Shown one piece after another: positions 1 to 14,035 of a DNA stretch of 64,000 bases. Origin of the DNA: Octopus sinensis (taxonomy: Eukaryota); NCBI RefSeq assembly GCF_006345805.1, contig NC_043005.1, positions 37,696,001 to 37,760,000 of the forward strand, read 5' to 3'. Below the pieces are notes generated by a model. The model made no database searches. It was given only the letters and a program-made list of their open reading frames with translations, and was not told the DNA's origin. Every line of letters starts with the position of its first letter. Positions within the stretch are counted from its first letter, which is position 1. Both the position numbers and the translations under genes were made by a program.

Positions 1-600
1 TAACACAAAGAGATTTGTTTTTATTTGCTTGTTAAGTTACTGTCATTAACCACCAGTAATTATATCTCTTGTGTTGCCTTATTAATACTGAGTAAACTTA
101 GGCCATGCATGAAAGTAAATGTGCTTGTACATATTACAGTATAAATGTTCTTTCTCATTCATCCTCTCTGAGTTATATGTGTGTTTGTGTGTGTATATAC
201 ATATATATGTGTGTGTGTGTGGATGTATGTGTGTATGTATATATATATATATGTGTGTGCGTGTGGATGTATGTATGTATCTATGTATATGTGTGTATGT
301 ATATATATGTGTGTGAGCTTGTATATCTACAGACATAAAGATGTTTATGAAATATTACTACAGTGTATATATGTGCCTATTTTATAACTTTTTCAAATGT
401 GTGAGTATGTATTTATTTATGTATGTATGTTCACATACACATACACCTTCTGTTGTTTAAATGTTTCTATATCATATTTCATTTCAGTATGTCTATGCCT
501 GTGTAATATATATCCATAGACTTATATATATATATATACACATGTATATGTATATATATATATATTATATATTTTTATATATGTATGTATGTATATATAA

Positions 601-644
<44 letters not shown>

Positions 645-1601
645 AATATATATATAGACTTATATGTATATATATACATACACACACTCACACACATTCA
701 CATACATGCACTCACATATATGTACATAATGTTGTTGAATATACATTTAGTATAGTGATATAATGATTGTTGTTGCATTTGTGTATTTCGAGAAAGTAAA
801 CTGATATAATGAAAAAAAAAAGTAATTTAAAAAAAATTAATAAAAAATAAATCCACATACATGTGTAAAAACAATGGCTGGTACTCTTTTTGGTAATACT
901 CTCTAATTATCTTGCTCTTTTCAACATTGTTCTTTTGTCAGACCCTGTTCGAAATAAAATGCATTTTCTGAGTCAATTGAATAGTTGAGAATATCTGACG
1001 CAAATTCGTTGTGATTGAGTAACGTTCAATACAATAGCAACGAGAGAAAGAAAAAAGTAACAAAAAAAAAAGAGAGAGAAAAAAAAAGAGGCAAAGAAAG
1101 AAAAGTGAATGTTTATTTCCAAATGATATTGACAATGATAATAATATGAATTATTATTCATTCATTTCTCTGTAGTGATGCCCGACAAAGGATAACAATG
1201 ATAATAAAGAAAATAATAATAATGTTGCTTTTTTAAATAATGCTTAGGTTATTAATAATAATAGTAATAATAATAATAATGATGATGATGAAAGTAATAA
1301 TAATAATAATAATGGTTTCAAAGTTTAGTTCATGGCTAGCAATTTTTTTGTGAGGAGGGGAATCAAATACACAACCCCAGTACTTAACAGATACCTATTT
1401 TAGCAACCCCACAAGTATGAAGTGCAAAGTTAATCTTGGTGGAATTTGAACTCAGAATGTAAACGTGAATGAAATGCTGCTAAGCATTTTGTCTGGCTTG
1501 TTAACAGTTCTACCAGCTCACTACTTTAATTATAATAATAATAATAATAATAATAATAATGGTAGTGATGATAATAATAATAAGAAGAAGAGGAAGAAGA
1601 A

Positions 1602-2586
1602 GGTGTAAAAGATGAATCTACAGCAAATATCTTGCTCAGTACCATAGATTTGCTTGTCAGTTGCTTGACCATAACCAGTTGAGCACGTCCTTTAGTAGCC
1701 AATGATATGTGCATCTCTTATCATGATCAGCAGTAGTAGGGGAGCATCATAGGTTTGAATAATTCACCTCTGGAAACATGCGTGTTCTTCCATTCATCAT
1801 ACTTAAAAAAACTTTATTCAGGGACCTCTTGAGCAAAATGGGCTACCCAACCTGAAGAAAATTCTGACTGGATCACACCTGCAAGGTCATGTGCTGTTTA
1901 TCTTGATATGAAATCACTATGCTGCACACATATGCTTCTGATACATGTGCCTGGTGTACCCATATCAGATAAGTAATGATGGACATATTGGGCTTCGTAT
2001 ATTTGTAACCCTGTGTCACTTTGGAGGAATGCATTTCTCTCACTCTATAATAATAATTTTTTTTTCTAATTTAAGCACAAGGCTAACAATTTTGAGGGAA
2101 AACCTTGTTTTGTCTTGGTATAAAAGAAGGGTTATTGTAAATATTCTGCTCAATACCACAGATTTGCTTGTCAGTTGTTTGACCTTAACCAGTTGAGCAT
2201 GTTCTTTGGTGGTTGACAATATGTGCATCTCTGATCATGAGCAGAATTAGTGGGGGAGCATCATAGCCATGTGTTGAGAGGAATTCTTTGGGGTTTGGAT
2301 AATTCACCTGTGGAAACATGGGTGTTTCATTCATCATCCTTAAACAAACCTTATCCAGAGACCTTTTGAGTGGGATGGGCTACTCAACCTGAAGAAAATT
2401 CTAACTGGGCCACACCTGCAAGGTCATGTGCTGTTTATCTTGCTATAAGATCACCATGTCGTGCACATCTGATTGTGATGCATGTACCTGGTGCACCCTT
2501 ATCAGACGGGTAGTCATGATGGGTAAATTAGGCTTTGTATAATTGTACCCCAGTGTCACTTTGATGACATGCACTGCTCTCTCACC
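1602..2586. mobile_element. Two truncated family A copies in reverse orientation (1602-2045, 2105-2586)
   Basis: Both contain gatttgcttgtcagttg..cacacctgcaaggtcatgtgctgtttatcttg..gtgtcactttg..ctctcac followed by an (AAT)-type tract. Confidence 0.8.
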
Positions 2587-2599
2587 CAGTAGTAATAAT

Positions 2600-2964
2600 A
2601 ATAGTAATTGCTTCAAATTTTGGCACAAGACCATCAGTTTTAGATAAAAGGAGTTAGTTGACTACATCAGCCTAAGTACTTGTTAGGTACTTTATTTTTT
2701 AAAACCCCAGAAAGATGAAAGGCAAAAGTATCTTTGGTAGGATTTGAACTCAGTGTTTGGAACAAACATTTTGTCCAACACACTACCAATCTTGTGACCT
2801 ATAACAATTATTTCTGAGGTATATAAAGGCAGCTGTTTTGAGAGGTGAAAGTTAGTTCTGACTATTGACTCCTGTACTTGAAAGGCAATGTCAGCTAACT
2901 TCTTGTGGGTTTCAACTCAAAACAATCCAAAGAAAATATCTTAAGGTATTTTGTCAAATTTCCT

Positions 2965-3019
<55 letters not shown>

Positions 3020-3905
3020 GTTTGAAATTTTGGCACAGGGCCAGCAAATTCGAGGAAGGGAGTAATCTGATTGTGTTGACCATAGTGCTCAACTGGTACT
3101 TATTTTATCTATCCCAAAAGGATGAAAGCAAAGTTGATCTCACTGGAATTTGAACTCAGAAGATAAAGACAGATAAAATGCCACTAAGAATTTTGGTCAG
3201 TGTCTGAACAATTCTGCCATCTCAATAATATTAACAATAATAGTATCTTTAAATGGAAGATTAAATTGACTTCAAAATATGACTGGTATTATTGTAAACG
3301 TATTGTTACAACATTTTTGTTGAAACATATTGCTTTTGTTTCAATTAGTTTTGTAAGTCCTGAATAATTTATTAAAATAACTTTGTCTTTATTAAGCTGG
3401 TGTTTTGAACATCATTTAACATGAAATTTTGATGGAAGGTTTAAATTTAGATCACTTTTAAAAGAGAAAGTTTGTATCAAAGAACCAAGTGAATTCTCAG
3501 GTGGGCTGGTATCAAAAGACTTAATGAGTCCTGAAGGTTAAAAAGCTGACATTAAGGGACTTTAAGTAATATGGCTGAAAATGCATCCAGGAATGCAATT
3601 TTTCTGACAAAATTAAGTAGTTTAGCATTTGGGTTTCACCTTCAGTTATTTTACCATTTTCAGCAACTCCGACAACTGCAACAACAACGACAGCAACAAA
3701 AATTATAATAAGGATTATATTTTTACTTACATAGACACAAGACCAGCAGTTTTGAAGGGAGTGTTTAGTCTATTATATTGACCTCAGTACTTAGTTAATA
3801 CTTTATTTTACCAACTCCATAGGGATGAAAGGAAAATTTGACCTAAAGTGGATTTGAACACAGTGCCTGAAGAAATACTGCACGGAGTTTCTTGCAATGC
3901 TCTCA
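2600..3905 (-). mobile_element. Three family-B SINE copies (~2600-2800, 3017-3230, 3725-3905); another at ~1295-1525
   Basis: Reverse-complement family-B motifs (ttcaaattttggcacaag, gatgaaaggcaaa, gaatttgaactcag) next to (AAT)n. Confidence 0.72.
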
Positions 3906-3935
3906 TGTTGCTGCTGCAACAACAACAACAACAGC

Positions 3936-3994
<59 letters not shown>

Positions 3995-4159
3995 TAATGT
4001 TGGTGATGTGAAAGAAAATAATCTTTAGTTAGCAATTTAAAAGTTGTCAATGCAATTAGAATATTTCAAGCTGGAATTTCACAAATGGCAACTCTGAGTT
4101 TTATACCTGTTCTGCTTAAGAGTAAAGTGATAATAGACAATGAAAGCTGTCATATTTAG

Positions 4160-5490
4160 TTGTGAATTAAACAACTGCATTCCCTTATTCAAGCTGTGCA
4201 AATTTTCTCACATGACATCCAAATAGCATTTGGTCAAGATAAATGCACTTTTATTGAACTGAAGAGAGGATGAAAAGTAGACAGCAGTGGAATACAACTT
4301 CCAGATGTTGAGTATATGAGAGAAGTGAACAGAAAGAGTTCCTGATATCATGCTGTTTTATTCTACTACATAGGAATTATAGAATGGACAAAGTAGGAAC
4401 TGGTCAGTGTGAACTGAAAAACTGGGATGATAATGATTATACTTGGGTGCCTTTGTACTAGAAGTAATGTAGTGAGGTTTTATTTACTTAGGAAGGACGA
4501 TGGAAGAGGATTGGTTGGAATAAAGGATAGTGTTATGAAGGATATCGAGTCTTTACATGCCTATCTGTGAAGGAGTGATGAAAGAATGTTACTGGCTTTA
4601 CTGAGTGACAATAGTCAGACCCTCAAGGCATACAAACTGAGGACTAATAGAAAAAAGATCATCAACGGAAAGAGTAAGTCCTACTCAGAGAGATTTTCCA
4701 GCAAATGTTGGATGAAGTTGGCTTATCCTGGAAACAGTGAAAACATGAAGTTTTAAAGGAGACAGAAGAATTGATTCTTGCTGCTCAAGAACAAACTTTA
4801 TGAAGCAATGTAATCAAGTGTGGCATTGATAAGACAGCAGTATCACTTTTGTGTAGATTACGTGAAAAATCATCTGAGATGGTTAGACATAATTAGTGGA
4901 CGCTCAAAACTGTCCTGAAAGGAGTACTAAGAAAAGGCCATAACAAAGTAGCCGTGCAAATATTCTGGGAGTTGTGCAAGAGGTATAGGCTAGAATGTTC
5001 CAATAAGTGGTATGAGGACCAGCCTTTGCCAGTAGCAGAGAATGATCAGGTGAAATTCACATGGGATATGCCAATCTACACAGATGAGAAGCTGCAACAT
5101 AACTGAACAGATATCTCTCTCCTATGGAAGGAGTCCAAAGAATGAACCTTCATTGATGTAGCTGTACCTTCAAACCAGTATATTGTGAAGACAGAGAATT
5201 AGAAAGTCAAGAAGTACCAAAACCTTAGCATCAGAAGTGAAACGCATTCATAGAGCCTCAAAAGTGAGTGTGTTACCTATTGTGATCAGTGTGCTTGGGG
5301 CCATCTTAAAGAAAACAATATGCTAGCATGCAAAGCTGAAAATACCAAACTTTATAGGAAGACCACGGTTGGCAGCAATACTTGGAACAGCATGTGTATT
5401 CAGAAAAATGTTGCATCTTTCCGCTGTGGGAAAAAGTTCAGATGTGATATAGATGACTCGAGAGAAAAAGACAAATAGAAAGAATATGAA
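4160..5490 (+). mobile_element. Degenerate non-LTR retrotransposon with restriction-like endonuclease (R4/Dong-like), 3' portion
   Basis: Frames with stops and shifts give IQAVQIFSHDIQIAFGQDKC (RT end), RKDDGRGLVGI, KETEELILAAQEQ, CRL...RHNKVAVQIFWELCK, WYEDQP..ENDQVKFTWDMPIYTD, FIDVAVP and LGTACVFRKML. This is the RT-CCHC-RLE order. It ends in an AAT-rich tail. Confidence 0.85.
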
Positions 5491-7267
5491 TAAAAATAAT
5501 AATTATATATATATATACATATGTACATATGTTCATGGAGAAGCTTGGCCAAACAGTTATGATCTTTGCATTACAAGTACAAGGTCACAAGCTTGATCCC
5601 ACCATGTGAACTCTTGAAATAATATTTTCTCTAGCTTTCTGTCAACATACAATAGGATCAGCAAAAGCTTCATATTTATTGAGGTTTTTAGGACTAGAAA
5701 GTACAGCTTCCATTAGTTTCAAGTTCAACATTTATTCTGGAGTTTCAACATTAGAATATATAATACTGACACATAATTCCTTAACTGAAGCATCTGAAGA
5801 ACCTCAAACTGTGATAGCACCACTTCTCTAGATATGGCAGGGTGTTTCTGCTGGAAAATGAATAATAATCAAGAATATTTACATGGAGGTTAATAATGGT
5901 CAACAACAACAGTTGTTATACTACTGCTACAATTACTACTAGTAATGGTGGTGGTGGTGGTGGTGGTGGTGGTTGTGGTGGTTGTGGTGGTAGTAGAGAT
6001 TAGCATCAAAATTGGAAATTTTATCATAAGCTACAAGAAAAAAAATATCAAAACAGAAGAAAACATCCAAAGATTTAACAGTTAATATATTTCTATAGTG
6101 TTTGTTTGTTTTTTTTAAATTAATTTTGGGATCTTTTTTTTAAAAATTGTATTTCTACATCATAATTTTCAGTAATTATAAACTCTAAATAATACCCCAT
6201 CCCCCCCTAATACACATGACCATACACACACACTTCCTGCAGAATGGCAGCTTAAAGTAGATCATATGAAGGAAGCATAGAAGGGTTGGATTGGGAGATA
6301 AAAAGAATCTGATTATCATTATTAATATTTTAAGCTGTCAAAATAGAATTGGTACAATGAAGTTTGTATATCTGTTCTATATATATATGTATATCTATTC
6401 TATATATAAGGTGGGAGGAGAACAGTAACAACAACAACAACACAAATGGAATTTTCTATCTGTAACAAAAGATAGCATTGTGTATTCTCTTATCTTCTGT
6501 ATTGTTGTTGTTGTTGTTGGCACTTAATTATTGTTTACCAATTGGCACAAAAGAATTATATTCAGATTACTTCTTCATACACACACACACACACAAACAG
6601 ACATGGACATGTATATCCACACACAGGTATACCTACACATACATATATAGACACACAAGTATACCTACATATACGTATAGGCACACAGGTGTACTTACAC
6701 ATACACAAAGAGACATATAGGTATACCTATACATGCACATAGAGACACACGGGAGTACATAGACATAGACATACACAGGTGTACATACACATACACAGGT
6801 GTACATACATATACATATAGGCATACACAGGCATACCAATACATAGACACACATAGGCATACCTACACATAGATACACACGCACACACACACACACACAC
6901 GTACACACACATATGCTTGCACATGCGAACTGCAACACATGCTTTCAAGTACATGAATCAAAGTCAGATGCATACACGATTGTACAACGATGTGAAACAT
7001 GCATAAAATGAATTATCACATGCATACATGTTGTACACCTATTAAAACTCACTTCAACACATCTCAGTAAGCATTTAAACCCCTTTAGCATTAACACTTA
7101 CACACACACACACACACACCCTCATATGCACTCACACACACAGGCACACTAATACAAAATCTCATTAACATTCATATAATAGACTCTCAAAACTCTTTAA
7201 AGCTCACACCTTATCCTGGAAATAGATAATTTTGCAATTATGTACACACAACATATCACAGCAAGTA

Positions 7268-7303
<36 letters not shown>

Positions 7304-7552
7304 GCACACTTAAGCAGACATTCATGCTGAAACACACACGCACACATATGCACACATGAAAGAGCATGTGCACACAGTTATACAGATATAGAAATGCACA
7401 CACCATTTAGCATACAGTAAAATATCTACATAAATCTGTAAAATAAAATATTCCATAAATTTGTTAAAAGCCTGCTGACAGGCACACAAACACAAAGGTA
7501 ATAATGCGGGATTATCAGATGAAAATGCAAACACAGTCACACACACACACAG

Positions 7553-7603
<51 letters not shown>

Positions 7604-8479
7604 CACACATTTATACTGACATGTATAGATGTGTAAATGCATGAATTTGTTATACAATAAAGTGAGTGCACTTATATCCATATGTTCAACCTTACATTAC
7701 AGAATTATAAACAGCATAGATTTATGCTAATTACATTGCATTTAACACAATACATACAGGCAAACGTAGGCTACATATATACATAGTGAGACAAATACAA
7801 ACACCTCAGCAGACAGACACCCGGTACATCCTAAACAAATTTTAGATAAACATAACTGTTTTGTAACAATTGAAGCAATTATTATATTGTTGTTACACTT
7901 AATGCAGTGTGTGGTATGTTCTCAGAAAATTAAATCAGTAATGTATTTGCAATTTCTATTTTAAACAATTTCGCATCATTCACAAAAGGCTTTTAAGCAA
8001 AGGCATGATTGCTACAAATTTTCTTTACCTTCTCTTAAAAGGTTCAGTATTCTTACATGTAAGGAACAATAACATGGATTTATTATTGAGATATTTTTTT
8101 TATAGATAATGAGAAGGTGGGTGGGTGGTATGAGACAGAGGCATGGCTCAAATCAAAATATATTGCTAATATTTATTCTATTGTACTGACAATAGAATAA
8201 ATAAGCAAGCCAGTTATAGGAATTAATAATCTGCATTCAAAATCAGATATCTAAACATTATAATGCTTCTAATCAAGAATTTTCTTCTAGTAGGATGATG
8301 GCGAAGAGTTAAACTTAAACTTAAAACTTGTTTTATATAAATTTGGGAAGTCATTAATTCCAATCCCATCACATCCCTTCCCTTAACATTCCACTACTTG
8401 GAAGATTATAAAATGTGCAGCAGAAAAATAATGAAATTTCTTATAATTACTGTTCACAAGAGGCAGAATCTTTACAGAT

Positions 8480-9112
8480 GCTTAGTGGAATTTCTTCCAG
8501 CTCTTTACATTTTGACTTTAAAATCCCACTGAGATCAACTTTACCTTTCATCCTTTCCAGGTCAATAAAATAAAGTATCAGTCAATCACTGGGGTAAATG
8601 TAATTGACACTCCACCCCCCACCTTGAAAACTGTTGGTGCTGCACCTAAATCAGAAATCAATATCATTATTATCATTACTAAGGTGGCGAGCTAACAGAC
8701 TCGTTAGCATTTCAGGCAAAATATCTAATGGTGTTTTGTTTGTCAGAGTTCAAATTCTGCCGAGGTCGACTTTCCCCTTCATCCTTTCAGGGTTAATGAG
8801 AAAAGTTGGAGTCCATCTAATCAACATATCCCTTCCTCCAGAATTTCATATCTTGTGGCTACAATAGAAAAGATTATTATTATTATTATTATTGTTATTG
8901 GCGCAGTGTGCTGGCAGAATTGATAGCATGCTGGACAAAATGCTTAGCAGCATTTCGTCCGTCTTTGCAATCTGAGTTCAAATTCCACCAAGGTCAACTT
9001 TGCCTTTCATTTTTACGGGGTTGATAAATTAAGTACCAATCAAGTACTAGGATCAGTATAATCAACTAGCACCACCACCCAAATTTCAGGCCTTGTGGCT
9101 TTAGTAGAAAGG

Positions 9113-9120
<8 letters not shown>
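8480..9120 (+). mobile_element. Cluster of ~220-bp SINE copies (family B) with (ATT)n tails
   Basis: Repeated ctggcagaat..aaatgcttag..ctgagttcaaatt(c)c..tttgcctttcatcc..aagtacc..aaatttcaggccttgtg units with A-box-like and B-box-like motifs. The central block resembles the Deu/Nin SINE domain from memory. Confidence 0.8.
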
Positions 9121-9380
<260 letters not shown>

Positions 9381-9990
9381 CCTTAGTCTTAGTGTTGTTA
9401 AGATCTTTTGTTAGAGTGTGCTGTTATTAGATGAAATTGCAGCTCACAATAGATAAATAAAACTCTTTACATTCTAGCCATTCCCAATGGAATACTTTTA
9501 TGGGGCCATTCTCTTCTAATTCTGAATAATATTTAAGCTAGACGTTTCTCCTGGTTCCTAGGAACCATATGTATCTCCATGTATATTTAGTCTCACTAGA
9601 TATTTGCACCATGTTACTTAAGATCCTGATGTATAACACATCCAGTTCTTTGATCACAGATGTAGTAAATCCAGCTATTGTAGTATCAATTATTTATTAT
9701 CTATCCTGATGTTTCTTTGCGATAACAGCACAAGGCTGGATGTTAGAAATCCCAAAGTATTTGGTGATTTGATTATATCAAGAGATTGGTGTTTGAACCG
9801 TTTCTCTGTTCTTTCTAATTCCCTAAGAAATATTTGCTGTTACATATGTATGAATCCACCATACACAAATACATAATACATACACACACATATATATATA
9901 CACGATATGTATATAAGTACATGCAATATATACATATATATATATATATATATACACACGATATGTATATATGTACATGCAATATATACG

Positions 9991-10057
<67 letters not shown>

Positions 10058-10357
10058 AACTCTATGTACATATACTGATAGGCAGACAGATAGATAAAAC
10101 AGTTAAATAGCAATCAACTTACGTTTAGCTTACAGCAAAACTAATACCGCAGCCATTTTTAAAACTCTATACAGTTATAGAAATAGCAAAAGGAAAATAC
10201 AATAAACAGTAAACATTTGCTTTTCTTTCTTGACCTCTGAAATCGGAGGGTATCATGATGTTTGTTGGTGACAGTAAAACTCAGATTAATTAAAAAGAAA
10301 GTCAAAGAGACCAATGATATTTTACTATAAAAGTTGAACTTATATACAATATTGCAG

Positions 10358-10552
10358 ACAAGAACGAGTGTCGAGATCCTCCGAAAGTGCATAATGCTGT
10401 ACATGATGGGCCTGAGACCCAGAAGAAATACTCTGTTGGTCACATGCTTGAGTATCGATGTAAAGAAGGTTTCATGGCTAGAAAAGAAAGTGTGCTCCGA
10501 GCATGGTGTATCGGAGGTGAATTGTGGGTTGGTCCTAATATGACATGTACTC
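10358..10552 (+). CDS. Internal coding exon encoding one Sushi/CCP (SCR) domain of an unidentified host gene
   Basis: Acceptor attgcAG ends at 10357 and donor GTAAGT starts at 10553. Length is 195 nt (2+64x3+1), phase 1-1, stop-free: (D)KNECRDPPKVHNAVHDGPETQKKYSVGHMLEYRCKEGFMARKESVLRAWCIGGELWVGPNMTCT. It has four Cys, C-x-x-PP-x-V-x-N, Y-x-C-x-x-G-F and W-x-G-P-x-x-x-C, matching the Sushi consensus. Symmetric phase-1 exons are typical of this domain. Confidence 0.9.
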
Positions 10553-10605
10553 GTAAGTAACACGTTTTCTGAACAACACAGTTTCTTGCAATGACAATAC
10601 GTGCA

Positions 10606-10648
<43 letters not shown>

Positions 10649-11317
10649 AATATGCATGTATACATATATACATATACATATTGTAATGTTTTGATCACTA
10701 AAAATGATAATTCTATGAGTAAAATTTTGCCTTTTCTCTGTATCCAGTAATTACCGATACAACAAACTGATAAATATTAAAAATAAGCTGCCTTGTGCAG
10801 GGTTTCATGTCCAGTTAGTGATCTGCAGACATACAAATGGTCAGTGATCTAAAAATGATATGAAACTCTAAGTAACAGCTTCCAGAATATGCAGTTGATC
10901 TAACATTTATATATGTATATGTATATATATGAATCTTCACTTTTAGTAGTTCACAAAATATAGTGCATTTTGTTTGGCTTTCAATATTAATTTTTTTTCT
11001 TATAGCTTTTCTATGTCAAATTGTTTTCATTTCCAGATTTGATTATTTTATTATTTTGTCCAATTAATAAACAGCTTGCTTCTCTTTATTATGTTCTACA
11101 TATTTTTGTTTTACATGTATTATGCTTTGATTTATTTTATTGTCTTCTATATTTCATTGTATCCAACATCAAACCTATGAAACCATGGTATACAAAACAA
11201 ATACAATATATTCAGTGTTGTCATATATAGCATTAATTTCTGCACAAGACCTGATTATATTTAATACATGTAATTATGTAATCCCTTGTCATGTATGTGT
11301 GCACATGCGTGTATGTA

Positions 11318-11346
<29 letters not shown>

Positions 11347-11350
<4 letters not shown>

Positions 11351-11899
11351 ACTCCAAATGGTAATAAGACAGGAGTGCACCATTGATGCAAGTCCGATAA
11401 GTGCCATTCTGATGTCTGAAACTACAAACATTATGTAAATTTTCACTTCGAATTTTTGCATAAACTGGTGTTGCAAGTAGAGTTGGTAGAGAAACAATTC
11501 AAACAAAATCATTAACAATGAGTTAAAGGATTTCTTTGTCTTCTTATCATCCCAATTATAATTTGCTCTACATTACACCCACACAACAGTGTTACTGTTG
11601 TGAAACCAGGATTTTCTACACTTGAAGAATCTGACAGTGTTGATAGCCCAGAACTTGGGTTGAGTGCTTCTCTGGAAATACTCTACCTTTATATCCTACC
11701 AGGACCTAAGATGTATATGTATGTATATATGTATATATATGTGTATGTATGTACATATGTGTATATGTATGTATGTACATATGTGTATATGTATGTATGA
11801 GCATATAAGTATATATATATGTGTGTATGTACATATATATGTCTGTATATGTGTGTACATATATGTGTATGTATGCATGTGTATGTATATATCTGTATG

Positions 11900-11930
<31 letters not shown>

Positions 11931-13035
11931 GAATGTATGTATGTATATATATTTATAGATATAGTGTAAAGAATTATTAATTTAATAATTAATAATTTTA
12001 CCAAGTAGTTCGGTATGGAAAAAAAACAAACATCAGTAATAACTTAAATTTTTTTATAATTATAAACATAATTAAAGGATCAGCAAGAGTTGCTTCATTA
12101 TTTCTAAATTTCGGTATGTGGTGAAACAACTCTTGCTGATCCCTTGATTATGTGTATATGTATATATATGTATATTTATGTGTGTGTGTGGTGTACTCCA
12201 AATGGTAATAAGACAGGAGTGCACCATTGATGCAAGTCCGATAAGTGCCATTCTGATGTCTGAAACTACAAACATTATGTAAATTTTCACTTCGAATTTT
12301 TGCATAAACTGGTGTTGCAAGTAGAGTTGGTAGAGAAACAATTCAAACAAAATCATTAACAATGAGTTAAAGGATTTCTTTGTCTTCTTATCATCCCAAT
12401 TATAATTGCTCTACATTACACCCACACAACAGTGTTACTGTTGTGAAACCAGGATTTTCTACACTTGAAGAATCTGACAGTGTGATAGCCCAGAACTTGG
12501 GTGAGTGCTTCTCTGGAAATACTCTACCTTTATATCCTACCAGGACCTAAGATGTATATGTATGTATGTATGTATATATATGTGTATGTATGTACATATG
12601 TGTATAGTATGTATGTACATATGTGTATATGTATGTAGAGCATATAAGTATATATATATGTGTGTATGTACATATATATGTCTGTATATGTGTGTACATA
12701 TATGTGTATGTATGCATGTGTATGTATATATCTGTATGCATATATATATATATGTATATATATATATATGAATGTATGTATGTATATATATTTATAGATA
12801 TAGAGTAAAGAATTATTAATTTAATAATTAATAATTTTACCAAGTAGTTCGGTATGGAAAAAAAACAAACATCAGTAATAACTTAAATTTTTTTATAATT
12901 ATAAACATAATTAAAGGATCAGCAAGAGTTGCTTCATTATTTCTAAATTTCGGTATGTGGTGAAACAACTCTTGCTGATCCCTTGATTATGTGTATATGT
13001 ATATATATGTATATTTATGTGTGTGTGTGTGTGTG
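11347..13035. repeat. Direct tandem duplication, two copies of an ~844-bp unit
   Basis: actccaaatggtaataagacagg occurs at 11351 and 12195 and the copies are collinear to ~13035. Junctions lie in (TG)n tracts. The copies differ by a few substitutions and single-T indels. Confidence 0.95.
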
Positions 13036-13415
13036 GTTATGATGTGATGCAAAACACACGTGCAGAACATTCCGACTGTGGTCTGATAAAGCATTCCACT
13101 CCTATTATATTAACCCTACTGTCATATTAACCCTACTGCCAAAGTGAACACTGATCTGATTGTCATGTAAGGGAGCCACATAATATGCAGTCAGAACAAA
13201 ACCAAAAGCTGATATTTTGGTGTTTTGAATGTATTTTACATATATGTATATTTCAGTTAGCTATGTACTTTTACATTAAATCTCCTTCAGTCAAAACTAA
13301 TATATATTTTGAAATATTTTGAAAAAATTTGACTGAGGAGGGGCCTTTTGTAGAACTCTTTCATATATTAACTTGAAATGCTTTCAGAACATCAGCATTT
13401 GGTTTTGCCTTTATG

Positions 13416-13461
<46 letters not shown>

Positions 13462-13981
13462 GTGTGTGTGCATATGTGTGTATGAGTGTATGTAGATTAC
13501 TTTTACCATCAAAAATCATTCGATATTCCATTAGTCTCTCATTTATAATACCACATTCTGAATTATTCTCCAATTCAAAGTCAATGTTGTGTCTGAATTT
13601 CCCAATATATTTTCAATGATGGATATACTGCACACTTTTTTGTACATGTATGTATACATGTATACATACAACATGCAAACATATGTACATCCTTCAATCC
13701 ATTAACCAATTCACATAACCAAAAATCTCCCAAGCGCTGTCTTGTCATAAACCAAAGAGCCCTTTCAATTTGTTAGTGACCAGCTTGAATTCTACAAAGA
13801 AATAAATAGAACTTAAATCCCAAAGTTCTAGATGTTAATACATACATACATACATTTGTCAGTCATTGATAAATACCATATGCTGCACTCGGTGCTTTAT
13901 TCTAAAGTATATTGAGTTGTAATAACTAATTATTAGTGGCACTATGGTTAAACGAATTCATAAAATACATCTATGTGTATG

Positions 13982-14035
<54 letters not shown>

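Noticed and set aside
942-1020. Strong polypyrimidine acceptor at 941 followed by CpG-containing sequence
   Set aside because: All three frames stop within 50 nt and the donor is weak. It could be a UTR exon but is unsupported.
9536-9580. GGTTCC-TA-GGAACC palindrome followed by GAAACGTC on the minus strand
   Set aside because: No CUGANGA-like core or stem I in register, so not called as a hammerhead.
10159-10563. 134-aa minus-strand ORF
   Set aside because: It is antisense to the Sushi exon and has no recognisable domain.
11590-11658. Possible 69-nt exon (VTVVKPGFSTLEESDSVDSPEL) in the 844-bp duplication
   Set aside because: The good GTGAGT donor exists only in copy 2, where it arises from a single-T loss. 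The phase-2 start is incompatible with the Sushi exon, and the acceptor is weak.
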